DNA of 64,000 nt, taken from positions 5,456,001 through 5,520,000 of the forward strand of contig OZ361257.1 of the NCBI GenBank assembly GCA_977018835.1, written 5' to 3'. The notes under the pieces were generated by a model that was given only the letters and a program-made list of their open reading frames with translations, did no database searches and was not told the origin of the DNA. Origin of the DNA: Minutocellus sp. GHC0000111. Lineage: Eukaryota. A program made the translations under genes and the position numbers. Below are positions 10,963-23,274 of this stretch, in pieces. The first letter of the stretch is position 1; each line of letters opens with the position of its first letter.

Positions 10963-11391
10963 CTCCAACTCACTCAACCGACGATACCGTGCTCCGGCCC
11001 CACTTCTCTGCGGCCGATGCCTTCCACGGGCCAGTACATGTAGGCGTGGCGTCGACCTCTGCCGCTGCAATATATTGTTTCATTTGATATCGATTTCATT
11101 TGTGTTATCTCTTGGAAGAGGGTCAAGTCGCGTCATCCAAGAGCGGTCCACTCGCAGACATTAGAGAAAGTAGGCGGGGTCATTCTTGTCCAAACCCGCC
11201 AAGCGGCAAAGCTCTGCGTCGTCGTCTCGCGAGACCTTCGCTTGACGAGTCGAACACCATATGTATCGTGGTCTCATCGGCTGGTCTTCAATTTCTTGGG
11301 ACTTCGGCTGTTGGGTTGCCTTCCACTATTTGGTGATTATAGAAAAGAGACATAGTTCATTGTTCTTTGGCATTTGGAGATACTCCGAGCC

Positions 11392-14300
11392 ATGCGTTCC
11401 CCATGGCATGAAGTCCTCGCAATCTTGGGCATGTGGTCCTTCTCGCTATCGTTCCACGCCGTTGGTGCTCAGGAGGGTGTTGGTCTGCATCACTGTCCAG
11501 AGGAATTGCAGAAGCCACTTTCTGTGCTTTCTTTCGATGAACAGCAAGAGACGTCAGTTCTTCGCCTTGCCATCCCTCTAGATGGGCTGTGCACGCTGAT
11601 CAAGATCACCACCGATGATGATACTGGCAATCGGCATCTCACGCCAGCGGGTCGAGCGTATGATGGACTTCCGTGGGAAGCAGTCCAGCCTCTTCGACTG
11701 CCCTTCAAATGTGTAGATGCGCACTGTATCGTTACAATACCAGAATTCGATCGCAGCGAGGAATATTATTTGGTCTCTTATCAGCACTCCTTATCACGTG
11801 AGCAAGAAATGTCGCGCCTGCTGCAGCAAACGAGTTTTGGTCCTTCTTTGATGGATATCCAATCTTTGGTGGCAAGCGACGCATCGGCCGTGCAGTACAT
11901 TCAACAGCAGATGGAGGTACCACCTACTTTGCACAGAGCATACTATCGGCGCAACACGCAGGCTCGCCTCTATGAGAGCTACTCTGTTGGCAAGCCTCGG
12001 TATCCGTGCGAGAAGTACTCTCGTTGGAGGCGCTTTGCCTTTTCCGTGGAGGATCGGTACAAAAGACTCACGGTGTCATCTGAGGGACCGCCATATCTGC
12101 TGAGCGTGGATGGTTTTGTCAGGACCGAGGTGATGGAGCTCAATACCTTTGCACGGGCTAGCGAGGGCGTCTTGATTCCTGGGTACGAGGGAATGATCTG
12201 TGGAAAAGGCGCGAGTGATGATGCAGTCGGTGGGGAGAGTATTCGTATTACAGATGACAAGCTGCGATGCAGGGCTAGTGGAATGCCCAATCCTTCAATT
12301 CAGCTGAGAGAGTCGACAATTTCTGCTCACAACATTACATTTCTCGTGCTTCACGACGACATGCTGAAAGCTGTGAACAAGGAGCGGGCAGGACGCGACG
12401 AGTTCATTAGTCTCGCCGACCTTGATGATCCGCTATGCGACGAAGTCCCCTCTGAAGGGTCAGTGAAGCCCTTCTTTGCTCGTTTGCACGATGGAAGCCT
12501 TTACATGCATGATCCTTTCCTCAAGCTGGAAGACAATACTCCAGAAAATCCTCTTGTAGAGGGCGGCCGGTGGGGCAGTGTGCCAGGAGTACTTTGTCCG
12601 TCGGCTCCGCGAAACCTCATGTTTGACGATGATTGTGTCCTCTCGAATTCAGAGAACGGCTGCTCAGCGAGTGGAGATTCTGGACCTGGCAGCGTTGTTT
12701 GCCCTTCGCCTGGTGAAGTGGCTAATGATCCGGAAGGCGATGTCCTTTTTGACATGACGCATAATCGTGAAGCCGATGGGACCGGTGTGCGAACCGACTT
12801 TGAGTGGCAACGGTTTTCCCTTTGGGTGATAGTTGCACTATCGGCCAATGATCAGCTTCGTCAACGAGTTGCGTGGGCGTTGTATAACATCATTCCACTG
12901 GAGGCCAACCTTATCGACGCCGACACTGAATCGCACACCGCATTCTTCGATTTATTTGTTCGACATGCGTTTGGTAATTTCAGAGATTTGCTCCGATCGA
13001 TCGCTTACTCTCCATGGATGGCGGAAATGCTATCGTTTGAAAATAACAAATCAACAGATTATGTGTACCGAACGGAAGGTGTGTGGACGTGGCCCGACGA
13101 AAATATGGCCAGAGAGATGACACAGTTGTTTACAATCGGAATGCATGCTCTCAACATAGACGGAAGTCGCGTCCTTGATGAAAAAGGACAAGCTATTGAG
13201 ACATACGCGGAGCACAATGTGCAAGAATTCTCACGTGCGTGGACCGGCTTTGCTTTTAATTATCCTCGGGGAAATATTGAAGCGATCGGCCGAAACTTCG
13301 TCGACCCCCTGCGGCTCAAACACTATCGAGATATTTTCCCAAAGGCGAATCTTTACGGGGGATATCTGGGGGATGGATATCCGTTGTGCAATGAGGCTCC
13401 GCCGCGATCCTTTTTAAGAAAGGGGGCAACCTATCGTTTACTCGGCAAGAGTTTAAGTGATAATTCGTATGCCTATGACAAGAGATGGTGAGTTATGTGG
13501 ATTTTTACTCAGAGCGAGTTGGTGATGGGAATTAGTTTACCGGTACATATTCACCGCTTTTGTTTCTTCACAAATTGATTTGTTCCCCCTTCTTTCTACG
13601 TCACATTCGACAGGCTCTATAACGGCGATGATCATCTTTACATAGACCCATCGGAAGAACTTTACACAACTATTTGCAACGCTAGCGCCAGCGATGAGTG
13701 CAATCATCGCATGAAAGTGGTCCTTCCTCGTGACATTGACCTTTCCCTACAATCCAACCTTACGAAAGTCGACACCGTCCGTTTCCTCAAGGTTGGCGGC
13801 ATGTACTACGAATATCAAACTGCACCTTGTGTAGAATTGTCATTCTACAATGATGGCAAGAAGGTCTCCTTTGGTTCTCAGGCTTCCTACTCGCGATGTG
13901 CCAATCCGCACGCTGCAGCGGCTGGTGGTGCGTGCTGCAAGGATCATCCTGAAAAGATGCACAAGGCATTTCCGACGTGCGAGTACACCGGAGAACGTAT
14001 CACATTTGACCATCTCGTCGAACGGTGCGATGACAAAGACCGGAATGTGCCATGTGATTTTGACAAGATCTCCCGAAATGGATGCGGATCGTGCTGCAAT
14101 GTCCAGCACCTTTTGTGGACACCACAGGAGTGTTCAATTCTAGCCAAGGTCGGTGATGGCGGTCAAGTTTCCATCGTCCACCGGCCCAACGAAGCCTTTG
14201 GCGTCGATGACAAGTATTCTCCTGATGCTAAAAACTTCTTTAGTGTCTCCTGGGAAGAGGGCGCACACCCTTCGCCTGAAAATGGATGCGGAAATGGTGT

Positions 14301-17032
14301 CTGCAGCTTGACCGGTGATGGTTCTTGTCTCTGCGAGACGAGGGAGGCGTCCCAGCCTGTGTTGTCGGATTTCAACAATGTCGCACAAATGAGTCTCCAC
14401 GATCTTTGGTCCATTTTCCACCTTGGTAGCTTTGACCCCACTTCGTACGATGCCGGCACATTCATGGATCCGGAAGTTATCGTCACCAAAGATGGGCACG
14501 AGGTATTAATATGGAGATCTACCACAGGGATCATCGAGGATGCCGTTTTAGCTCTTCCGGGTCGAGCAGGAACAAAGTACTATCGCAACAGAGCGTCTAC
14601 CATGCAGATAGTTGATGCCGTTGGTCACCCAAAGTACTCGTTCCGGAACCCACCAAGCTTTGGTGAAGACATCCACGATGCCGCTGAAGAGACCGAGGCT
14701 CTTCTTGACCATCTCTTCTTCCATTCCAATACTGCCCCATTTATCTCTCATCGTCTGATCCAGCGACTTGGCCCATCAAATCCGTCGCCGGGATACATTG
14801 AGCGAGTAGCTTCAGCATTTACTACTGGATCAGCTATATTCGACGGCATCCAATTTGGTTCCAAGCAATATGGCTGCCTCAAGGCGACGGTCGCTGCAAT
14901 CTTCTTGGACCGAGAGCTTCGATCTGAAGTCCTTGATGCTGATCCAAGTGCAGGGTCGTTGCGTGAACCTCTTGTGCGGCTGGTTCATTTCATGAGATCG
15001 ATGGAATTCAAGCCTGAGACATCGAATGCCGGCAAGCTTGTGCTCTTGGATCTCGAAGAGGAGATTGGAGAAATGGCTTATGGTCACCCAAGCGTTTTTT
15101 CATTCTTCTTGCCTGATTACAAACCTCCTGGGCCAATTGCTTCCGCTGGCCTCGTCTCCCCCGCAGCGACTTTGCTTACTCAGCCTTACATTGTCGGACT
15201 CGTCAAAGGACTTGTTAGCCTGATCAAGTATGGAATGGTTCAGTGCGAGGGTGGCTTTGGAATCGGACCCAAATCTTCTACTTGCTTGGAGCTTATAGAA
15301 GGAAACTATGAGGGATCCGAAGGCCACCTTTACTACACTCCTTCGGATAATAATCTTCAATCCATTGTGGGGGAACTTGACTTGCTCTTGACAGGCGGTA
15401 GACTGAGTCAGAAAGATCGAAAGATGATTTCGGACGCACTGGCGAGGGAAGAGGGCATGGCGAGACGGAATAATATGGCACGTCTCGTCCGGCTCGCACA
15501 GCAGCTCATTGTGACGGCACCGGCATTCCACACAAGCGCCCTCGTTGGCCAAGGGCTAGAAATGCCGCCCCACAATCGCGCATCAATGTCTACAGAAACC
15601 AAACCAACTGGGCTTCTTCGTAGGTATAATCGAAGAGAAGGGAATTTTGGCGCTCGCAGGTTAGAAAGTCAGTTCCCTCTTGACTCAAATCTCGACACGG
15701 GCGATCGAGGATACAAAGCAGTAGTCTACCTCCTTCTCATTGGTGGAAATGATGGCTACAATATGTTCGTTCCTCTATCAGATTGCCAAGACAGAAATCT
15801 CTACGACGAATACGTAAAAGTTCGAGGAAAACTTGCACTTGATAAAGATGATCTCCTTCCGATTGACGTCGGTGCCGGCCAGCCCTGTTCCACTTTTGGC
15901 ATACACTCTTCCTTTCCTCTCTTGGCCAAAATGTTCAACGAAACTGAGGCGGCGATCATCGCCAACTCAGGACTACTCTTCGAGCCATCAAGCGCTGGAA
16001 ATTACAGTGCGATCCATCAATCCACCCGTCTCTTTGCTCATGATGCCCAGCGCCGAGACACAATGATGGCCAATCCTCGGGGAGATGCCTTCAGTACGGG
16101 CATGCTTGGTAGAGCTGTTGATGTACTGACAGACTACGGCTATTCCACAAGTTCCGTCGCCCTTGATAACAACGCCGATGTCCTCAATCCAACTCCTTTT
16201 AAGTCCAATGGCGTTGAATTTATAAATGCACGGAAGCCAACGAAATTCTACGAGAATCCGTCGTCGCAATCGCTGGAGAATCTCGTCCTTCAATTAAACA
16301 CTGGAAAATCATCGTTGGGATCCGGCATGTACGGCCAGAGTTTTTCCGATATGCTGACAAAGGCGCAGAAGAGCACTGACTTCTTCTATGATATCTTGAG
16401 CCGCTACGAATCTGCTCCTGTTGAACGCAAGAACAACGACATTGAAGAAGAACCCGTATCAAGCACCAGTCTTGGAGCAAAATTTGACGTCGTCAAGAAA
16501 CTCATTTGGGCAAGAAATGAAAGGAAGGTGGAGCGGGACGTCTTCTTCGTGACTCTTGATGGTTTTGATATGCACAAGGAGCTATTGCCGAGACAGGAAG
16601 CAAAGTTGGATGAAATCAACTCGGCGCTCAAGGGATTCATCACGTCCATGAAGGCATCCGGTGTCTGGGAAAACATTGTTATCGCCAGCTCAAGCGACTT
16701 TGGTCGCACGCTCACAGCGAACAGCAATGCTGGTAGCGACCACTCATGGGCATCGCACCACTTTATCGCCGGCGGCTCGGTCAAGGGAGGGCAGGTCTTT
16801 GGCCAATATCCTCGAACTCTCGAGCCTGATGGTGATATTATTCTCAATCGAGGGCGTGTCGTCCCTACAACGGCCAATGAAGCAAATGAATGGCATTTTC
16901 GAGTGGTTTGGGATAAACGACTCGGAGCTTAATCGCGTCCTTCCCAACAGAAAACACACAACGAGATTACTTTCCGAAAGGGATATGTTTGAAAATCATA
17001 AAAATCATAATGGGGTGGAATGGTCTGTGTAG
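11392..17032 (+). CDS. Secreted DUF1800 + DUF1501 fusion protein (intron 13488-13613; apparent frameshift near 16887)
   Basis: Signal peptide MRSPW...HAVGA. DUF1800-type motifs RLLQQTSFG, DQLRQRVAWAL, PDENMAREMTQLFTIG, HSNTAPFISHRLIQRL, GSLREP. DUF1501-type motifs LLIGGNDGYN, GFDMH, SDFGRT, GSDHSW, GGSVKGG. The GTGAG...CAG intron joins the two ORFs in frame (TG|G). Confidence 0.85.
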
Positions 17033-17160
17033 CTACGCAGCTAGCCATGATTTTAATAAAACCACATGCGATTAGTCTAATAAATACTCTAGAAAATGAA
17101 TAGCATCATTAAAGTCAGACAAGTCCACAACTGAAGTCCACGCAAATAATTCTCTTGCCT

Positions 17161-17700
17161 TTACGTCTTGACGGTAACAATGAAGAGCGGCAGGGTAAAC
17201 TCGCGATCAGATTTGCAATTCAGTGTTGTGTCGGAGAGCTCCAGTCGATAGGCTCCGTCAACCAGTACCGCCAATACTAGAATGTCCACCATGTTGCAGT
17301 AATAATTTTCTTTGTATTTGCTTCGACCTACAGCATAGTGGAATGAGCTGGTATAGTAGGAGTCATCGCTCATACCGTTCCGGCAGATGCTATCAATGGA
17401 GTGCCTGGCCGTGCCGTGGAACATAATCCCCATGGGCATCGTATATCTCTTGCGATAGTTGCCACGAAGGAAGCCATCCAAAAGCGCTGAATTTGTGTTG
17501 GCATTTCGAATCCGAATAATTTTGTGCCCACATGAGCAATGCTTTCCCTTACCGCAGTCAATGAAGCAACCGTTTCGATTACGAAAATCTCCCTTCAAGC
17601 TATCCAAAAAGTGTTTCCTTAAATCGCTTAGTCTCTCTTGCGTCGATGGCGATGATTTCGACCTACCACTGTCACTACATGTAGCAGATTGTCTTCCCAT
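17161..17700 (-). CDS. Small PARP/ADP-ribosyltransferase catalytic-domain-like protein
   Basis: MFHGTARHSIDSICRNG, YYTSSFHYA, ILVLAVLV and C-terminal LPLFIV follow the PARP catalytic layout. Confidence 0.6.
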   Translation of the reverse strand: MGRQSATCSDSGRSKSSPSTQERLSDLRKHFLDSLKGDFRNRNGCFIDCGKGKHCSCGHKIIRIRNANTNSALLDGFLRGNYRKRYTMPMGIMFHGTARHSIDSICRNGMSDDSYYTSSFHYAVGRSKYKENYYCNMVDILVLAVLVDGAYRLELSDTTLNCKSDREFTLPLFIVTVKT

Positions 17701-17958
17701 TCTGTTGATTGACAATAGATTGGGTGAAGGAAAGCGATGTGATCTCTTGGTCCCTTGGTGATCTCACCAATTATTTTGATAATTTTGCTTTTGCTTCGTG
17801 TCATTGGGATTTATTTGTACCTTGTCCGTTTTGTTCCTCAAAAGATATAGCCAGAGCGTGGAGCAGCACAAGAGCCACATTAAAAATTTGTATGTGCATC
17901 ATTGTGCCCCAAAGGCCACTCCAGCCTACCAAGCCAATCGATAACTGATTAAAATCGT

Positions 17959-20471
17959 TCAGGCCAAACGAAACGTAATATTATACTCAATACCATAATG
18001 GTCGAAATCGTCGAATGTTGAAAATTCCACCCGAAGTTGATAGATGCCCGACTTCATTATATAAGGAGGCTCCACCTCATATGTTGTCAGTACCGGGCTG
18101 GTAGAGCATTCAATGCCAATGGCCTGGCTTGTGCTAGATGCCATACGCACCCCATCAATAAACAGAACCATCTCTTCATAGCCAGAGTCCAAACTTTCAC
18201 CAAACCCCCCTAGAGTGTAACTCAAGGCAAGCCTCTTTCCTTCTGGAACAAAGATTCTTGCCGATGCCGTGCCTCTTTGTTCATTGGCATTGGTTCCTTC
18301 AAAACAATTCTCTGACTTTTCCGCAACAAAGCTTAGAGTGAGACCTCTGTCACGGATATGCCATCCAAACCGATCGTCTTTGAGAAGACCGCTTTGAGTT
18401 GTGGTCCACGAAATCAGATCGGGGGCAACAGTCGGAATTTGACTTGGCTCGAAGCTCCTTGTAGGAGATGTGCTGGGCTTTGCAGAGGGCATCTTTGTCG
18501 GGAAAGGACTCGGCGGAGCCGACGGAAGACTGCTAGGTGCCATGGTCGGAGCTAAGTGTAATGGGCGAGCGAAAGAGTTGGCGTAAGAAGATGGATACGA
18601 CCGAAAGATCATTATGATATGACAATTAAAAAATAAACATAAAAAACAATCTACGTAGCTAGACAACGTACAAGGGGTCGGATGAAACGTTGGCGAGGGC
18701 GAGGGCAAGGGAGTTGGTGCTTTTGTAGGAGCTAAAGATAAAAGTGACGGAAAGGAATAAGAAATCAAAAATTTATTGTATGCAGGTGAGCCGACGAATT
18801 CTAAAATAAATAAATTGGCGGTTGGTTTCAGACAATAAACTCACATTGTGTTGGATGCGATGTCGGCGATACAGAAGGCCTCGAAGACGGTGCTATAGTT
18901 GGATGCATCGTAGGGCTCCGAGAGGGAGTATTGGAGGGGGCTAAAAGAAAGAGAGAGAGGCGAGGATTGGAAGTGGTGAGACCTAAGATATATAATGAGA
19001 GACAATGAGCAAACTTTCATAATTACAATCGTGCAACTCACAGTGGGTCGGATTCAAAGTTGGCAAAGAGGACGGCGTGCGGCTTGGTTCCCCGGATGGA
19101 TACGCTGATGGGCTGCTGGTGGGTGCATTGGATGGAGCTGATAAAGAAAATACATGAAGGGACGAGAGAGGATTTTTGAGTTGCGACAGATTGATGACAT
19201 AAAATGGGAAGAGAAGAGAAGCATAGGAACAGGCCAACTCACAGCTCGTTGGCTCCATTGACGGCGACACTGATGGCGCAGTACTTGGTTCTCCCGTTGG
19301 GTGCACTGAAGGTTTGCTGGACGGCACATCAGACGGGGCTAACATAAAAAAGGAAAGATGCAAAGAGGCATTGAAATGAAATTAGAAAAAGTCGAATTCG
19401 CTGAGCAGCATTGGCAAAAAGGCACAAATAGCGCGACTCACACTGTGATGGACGCGCCGAAGGTTTCGCTGACGGTTCAAAGCTAATGCTCGGCGACGAC
19501 GATGGCATCCCAGTCGGCCTCTCGCTGGGCATCGCACTTGGACTGGCGCTAGGGGATACGGAGAACGTCCCACATTCAATGCCACATGAACACGGGCAGC
19601 TTTCGACGAGGTCCAGGATTTCCTCATCCGTATAGCCAACGTGCCCGAACGCCGTACAATCCAGTGTGGTATGGCGCCAGCACGGAACTCTCATCTTGCT
19701 GTGATAGTAAGGATTGTCCTGACAGGTGCTGGACCAGCCTGGGTAGCATGATCGCTGGCGCTGGAGCTGCCGTTGCCGATCATTGCGACGACCGCGAATA
19801 TTGTTGTTGTCGCCATCTTCGTCTTCACCGCCATCCCCAAAGGTCAGTGAATGCAAGATATCCACAACGTGATCGGGATCTTCGTCGGAAAGTCCAGCGT
19901 TATTGTTGGTGCCGTGAAGCAGATATGTGTTGGACGATCGACCATTTTCGTCAACGTCGTACCAACAGGACAGCTCATTGTCGTCTCCAGCACCAATACC
20001 ACAGCTACGGGGGCAGTGCCACTTCAACGCCGCCACCTCACCCGGTGCAAAGCCAATGATGGCGTAGGCGTCGCAGGGGCTGCTCCCCACCTCCAAAGTT
20101 TGTCTGGAATCGAACCACTCGACGTGCTCCGAGCAGGAAAGACCCAATCGACTTTCATACGATGGGTTGTCACGGTCACATTTCCTCGCGGGGATGACTA
20201 CTGCGGAAGCAGTAGAAATGCCCGCGGGTAAGCTTTCAGATGCCGAACTACTCGTACTCGTATCTTCCACTTTCTGCATCTGCAGAGGAGGGATGAGCTC
20301 CAGCTCGGAGGCTGCTGCTCGGCATGTGTTTGAAGACGTCGAAGCGACGGCGAGGGCACCAGCGGCGATCAGGAGCGAGCGGTTGGTAGCGACCATAATC
20401 CCAGTCCTTGGCCGCTTCCTACCACTGCCATCGCAGCTGCCGCCGCTTCCACCGTTCGTTTCTCTCGTCAT
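17959..20471 (-). CDS. Secreted or membrane-anchored protein with two Cys-rich modules, a PS/PT-repeat stalk and a C-terminal beta-rich domain (6 exons)
   Basis: Exons 20471-19442, 19338-19243, 19137-19042, 18940-18845, 18731-18672, 18551-17959, all with GT-AG boundaries that preserve frame. Repeated C.DNP.Y.S...C..H...C...G.......L...CP.SCGI module. Confidence 0.75.
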
Positions 20472-20808
20472 GGTTGTTGGGGTAAAGTAAGGACCAACTT
20501 TTTGGCGGGTTTTGGCACAGAGTGGCGTCGTTTGTCTCGACCCAAGATTTACTTGGTCTGGCTTGCTCGCGCGGTAAACCCGCACACACTACCAACGGAT
20601 CGGAACAGATTACTAGTAGCTCGCTCGGCCTGCACGCCAGCGCCCACAGATCGAAAGGTCGAAAGGGCCAAGGAAGCAAGCTGGGGTCGGTACGTACCCG
20701 GCATTGTTCGAGGCGCTGAAGCGACCAAGCGCAAGGGACCAAGCCATTTGGAGTCGGCGGAGGGACGCTGTCGCACTTTCATTGGCTGTCTGCCGTTTAA
20801 TAGCAAAA

Positions 20809-23232
20809 ATGACACATGATATGCTGCCCCGGCATGCTGCTGCTGCTGCCACTGCCGACGAGTTGGACTCGTCGGCATGCTTGGCTCCGTCATGCGCATC
20901 ATCGGTATCATCCACCAGCACCAGACGATCGACATCATCCGTTGCCTCCCTGATGCAGTTGGCTGCTGCGTTTGGCTGCGGTATCCTTGTGGCCAATATG
21001 GGTGGCGGCGATCAGCCAGCGGCGGCTGTTCGAGGACTTGAGGGAGAAAGGGAGCCTTCTGCCACTGCTGCTTATGCTGCTGCCACGTCCAACGAAGAGG
21101 AGGCGGAAACCAACCGTCGTTTGCAAACCGGAGAGAGCTGCGCCACCAACTTTGGCCGCGAACCCAGCGATCGGTCCCCTTGGGACCGTCTGTCGTCCAG
21201 TGAAAAATCTCTGGTCTCCCAGGCGCTTCAATCGGGCCTCAATCTCGACATGTACGATAATGATCCATTCGAGATCGATGCCGTTCGAGCCTACGACGTC
21301 GACGAGCCCGACAAGGCGGCGATGCTGGAGTATCTGGACAACGAAGGGCCGGAACCTCCTAGATATGCGCGAGCATGGGTCTACCATGGGGCTGGGGATG
21401 ACGACTTTATGATGGAATATAGAGTCGGACCGATCGACGCCGCAGCTGGGACAGTGGGAGGCATCGAACCACTGACGGTGCCAGGCAACATCCCCGCCCG
21501 GACCATGATGATGGACTACAAGCAAAGGCGGATGATCCGGAATGTTGTCAATGTATTCGTGTATCATCCCACCATGCAGCAGTTCCTAATCGATGCATTT
21601 GGTTCCACCAACACCATCGAGTGGAGCATGCACGAGAATGAATTGCAGGCAGATACCATCCGATACGCCAACATTGCGTACCGACGCAAGACGTCGCTGC
21701 TGGACAACATCTTGGCCTATCCCCTCCCGTTGGAATTTCGTCTGGAAATGGATCCAATCAATGACCAATCTCAATGGAAAATCGTCAACGTGTTGTATCG
21801 TCACGAGTACTTTGCCACATCGACCGAATTCATTCGGGCACTTGAGGCTGGCAGTGTGACGGTTGTGCCAACGGCGCCCTTTTCGACGAACCCATTTTGG
21901 CAAACATTGAATCACAGACAGACGGGCCGTCCCAACAACAATGCCGCTCCAGCCATCAACGTCCAACCCACCAAGCGATACACCGTCAAGGGAGGTCGAG
22001 TGGAATGGTTGGGATGGAGCTTTCACGTGAAGAATCGTCTCCGTACATCCATGGCTATCCACGACGTTTCCTTCATGGGCGATCGCATCGCCTATGAATT
22101 AAGTTTGCAGGAACTTCAGGCAATCTATACCGGCCGCCAAGCGTACATGTCCAACAAATACCTGTTTGACAGTGTCTTCAGATACGGCGCACTCAATCGA
22201 GAGCTCAAGGCGGGAATTGATTGTCCTATCCAGGCGACATTTTTCGATAACATATGCGTCTTTGAACTGGACGCTGGCATTCCGCTGTGGCGCAAAGACC
22301 ACCAGGGCAACAAATTTTATGCTGGCGCCAAAAGCACACAGCTCGTTGTTCGGTCGATCTTCCCTGTGGGCAACTACGATTATCTGGTCGAAGCCAAATT
22401 TAGCCTAGATGGGAGCATTGACATGGGCTTCTCGGCTACTGGGCAGCTTTACATGAGCTATTATGATGAGACGGAGGAGTCTTTTGGCACAAAGGTGCAC
22501 GACGAGGCACTGGCAAATGTTCATGCACACTTTGCTGCCTTCAAGGCTGATCTTGATATTTTGGGGCAGAACAATTGTGTCGAGAAGACTTCGGTGAAAT
22601 ACGGACCTCGAACAGAGATTCCAGGAACAGAAACGGACCACCCCGATCTCCATGTGCCCGAGAAGAATATGTACATTCATCGCACCATCGTCGAGACGGA
22701 GGACGAGGCCAGGGTGAAGGTTAATAATCAAGCCCCCGTTCAATGGAAGGTCGCGAGCTGCAGTGAGATGAATCAATGGGGATACCACAAGGGCTACGAC
22801 ATTATACATCCCAACACCCCCCTCGGCATTATGGACGAACCATCGTTCAACGATTATCACATGATATTTTCCCAGAGGAAGGAACACGATGAGGAGTTCT
22901 TAACAACTCCGGTCGACTTTTTGACCATCAATGAGCCCGTCCTTCCCATTGTTGAAGTCAACAGAACCGTCGATGGGTCGACAGCCACCGGCATCTCCAA
23001 TGGCGAATCATTGGAGAACGTTGATGTGGTCACTTGGATATCGCTCGGTTTCTACCACGTCCCACGAGCGGAAGATAATCCAGTCACCAACATCGTCTCA
23101 TCGCACTTTCGGTTGACACCAAACAATTACTTTGATGAAAATCCCTCGATTGATCTTGGTCAAACAGAGCGGTACAACAGAGGCCAGAAGGTGGAGCGCA
23201 CTCCCTCAGGGCAATGTTCTATTGGGCTTTAA
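20809..23232 (+). CDS. Copper-containing (TPQ) amine oxidase
   Basis: VGNYDY topaquinone consensus, HAH and FYHVPRAED copper ligands, YLFD catalytic base, VEWLGWSF; N-terminal hydrophobic anchor followed by RGL and RRL motifs. Confidence 0.93.
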   Translation: MTHDMLPRHAAAAATADELDSSACLAPSCASSVSSTSTRRSTSSVASLMQLAAAFGCGILVANMGGGDQPAAAVRGLEGEREPSATAAYAAATSNEEEAETNRRLQTGESCATNFGREPSDRSPWDRLSSSEKSLVSQALQSGLNLDMYDNDPFEIDAVRAYDVDEPDKAAMLEYLDNEGPEPPRYARAWVYHGAGDDDFMMEYRVGPIDAAAGTVGGIEPLTVPGNIPARTMMMDYKQRRMIRNVVNVFVYHPTMQQFLIDAFGSTNTIEWSMHENELQADTIRYANIAYRRKTSLLDNILAYPLPLEFRLEMDPINDQSQWKIVNVLYRHEYFATSTEFIRALEAGSVTVVPTAPFSTNPFWQTLNHRQTGRPNNNAAPAINVQPTKRYTVKGGRVEWLGWSFHVKNRLRTSMAIHDVSFMGDRIAYELSLQELQAIYTGRQAYMSNKYLFDSVFRYGALNRELKAGIDCPIQATFFDNICVFELDAGIPLWRKDHQGNKFYAGAKSTQLVVRSIFPVGNYDYLVEAKFSLDGSIDMGFSATGQLYMSYYDETEESFGTKVHDEALANVHAHFAAFKADLDILGQNNCVEKTSVKYGPRTEIPGTETDHPDLHVPEKNMYIHRTIVETEDEARVKVNNQAPVQWKVASCSEMNQWGYHKGYDIIHPNTPLGIMDEPSFNDYHMIFSQRKEHDEEFLTTPVDFLTINEPVLPIVEVNRTVDGSTATGISNGESLENVDVVTWISLGFYHVPRAEDNPVTNIVSSHFRLTPNNYFDENPSIDLGQTERYNRGQKVERTPSGQCSIGL

Positions 23233-23274
23233 AATTAATTAAAAGTAGATAGGGGAGATGTAATTTGATGCATA

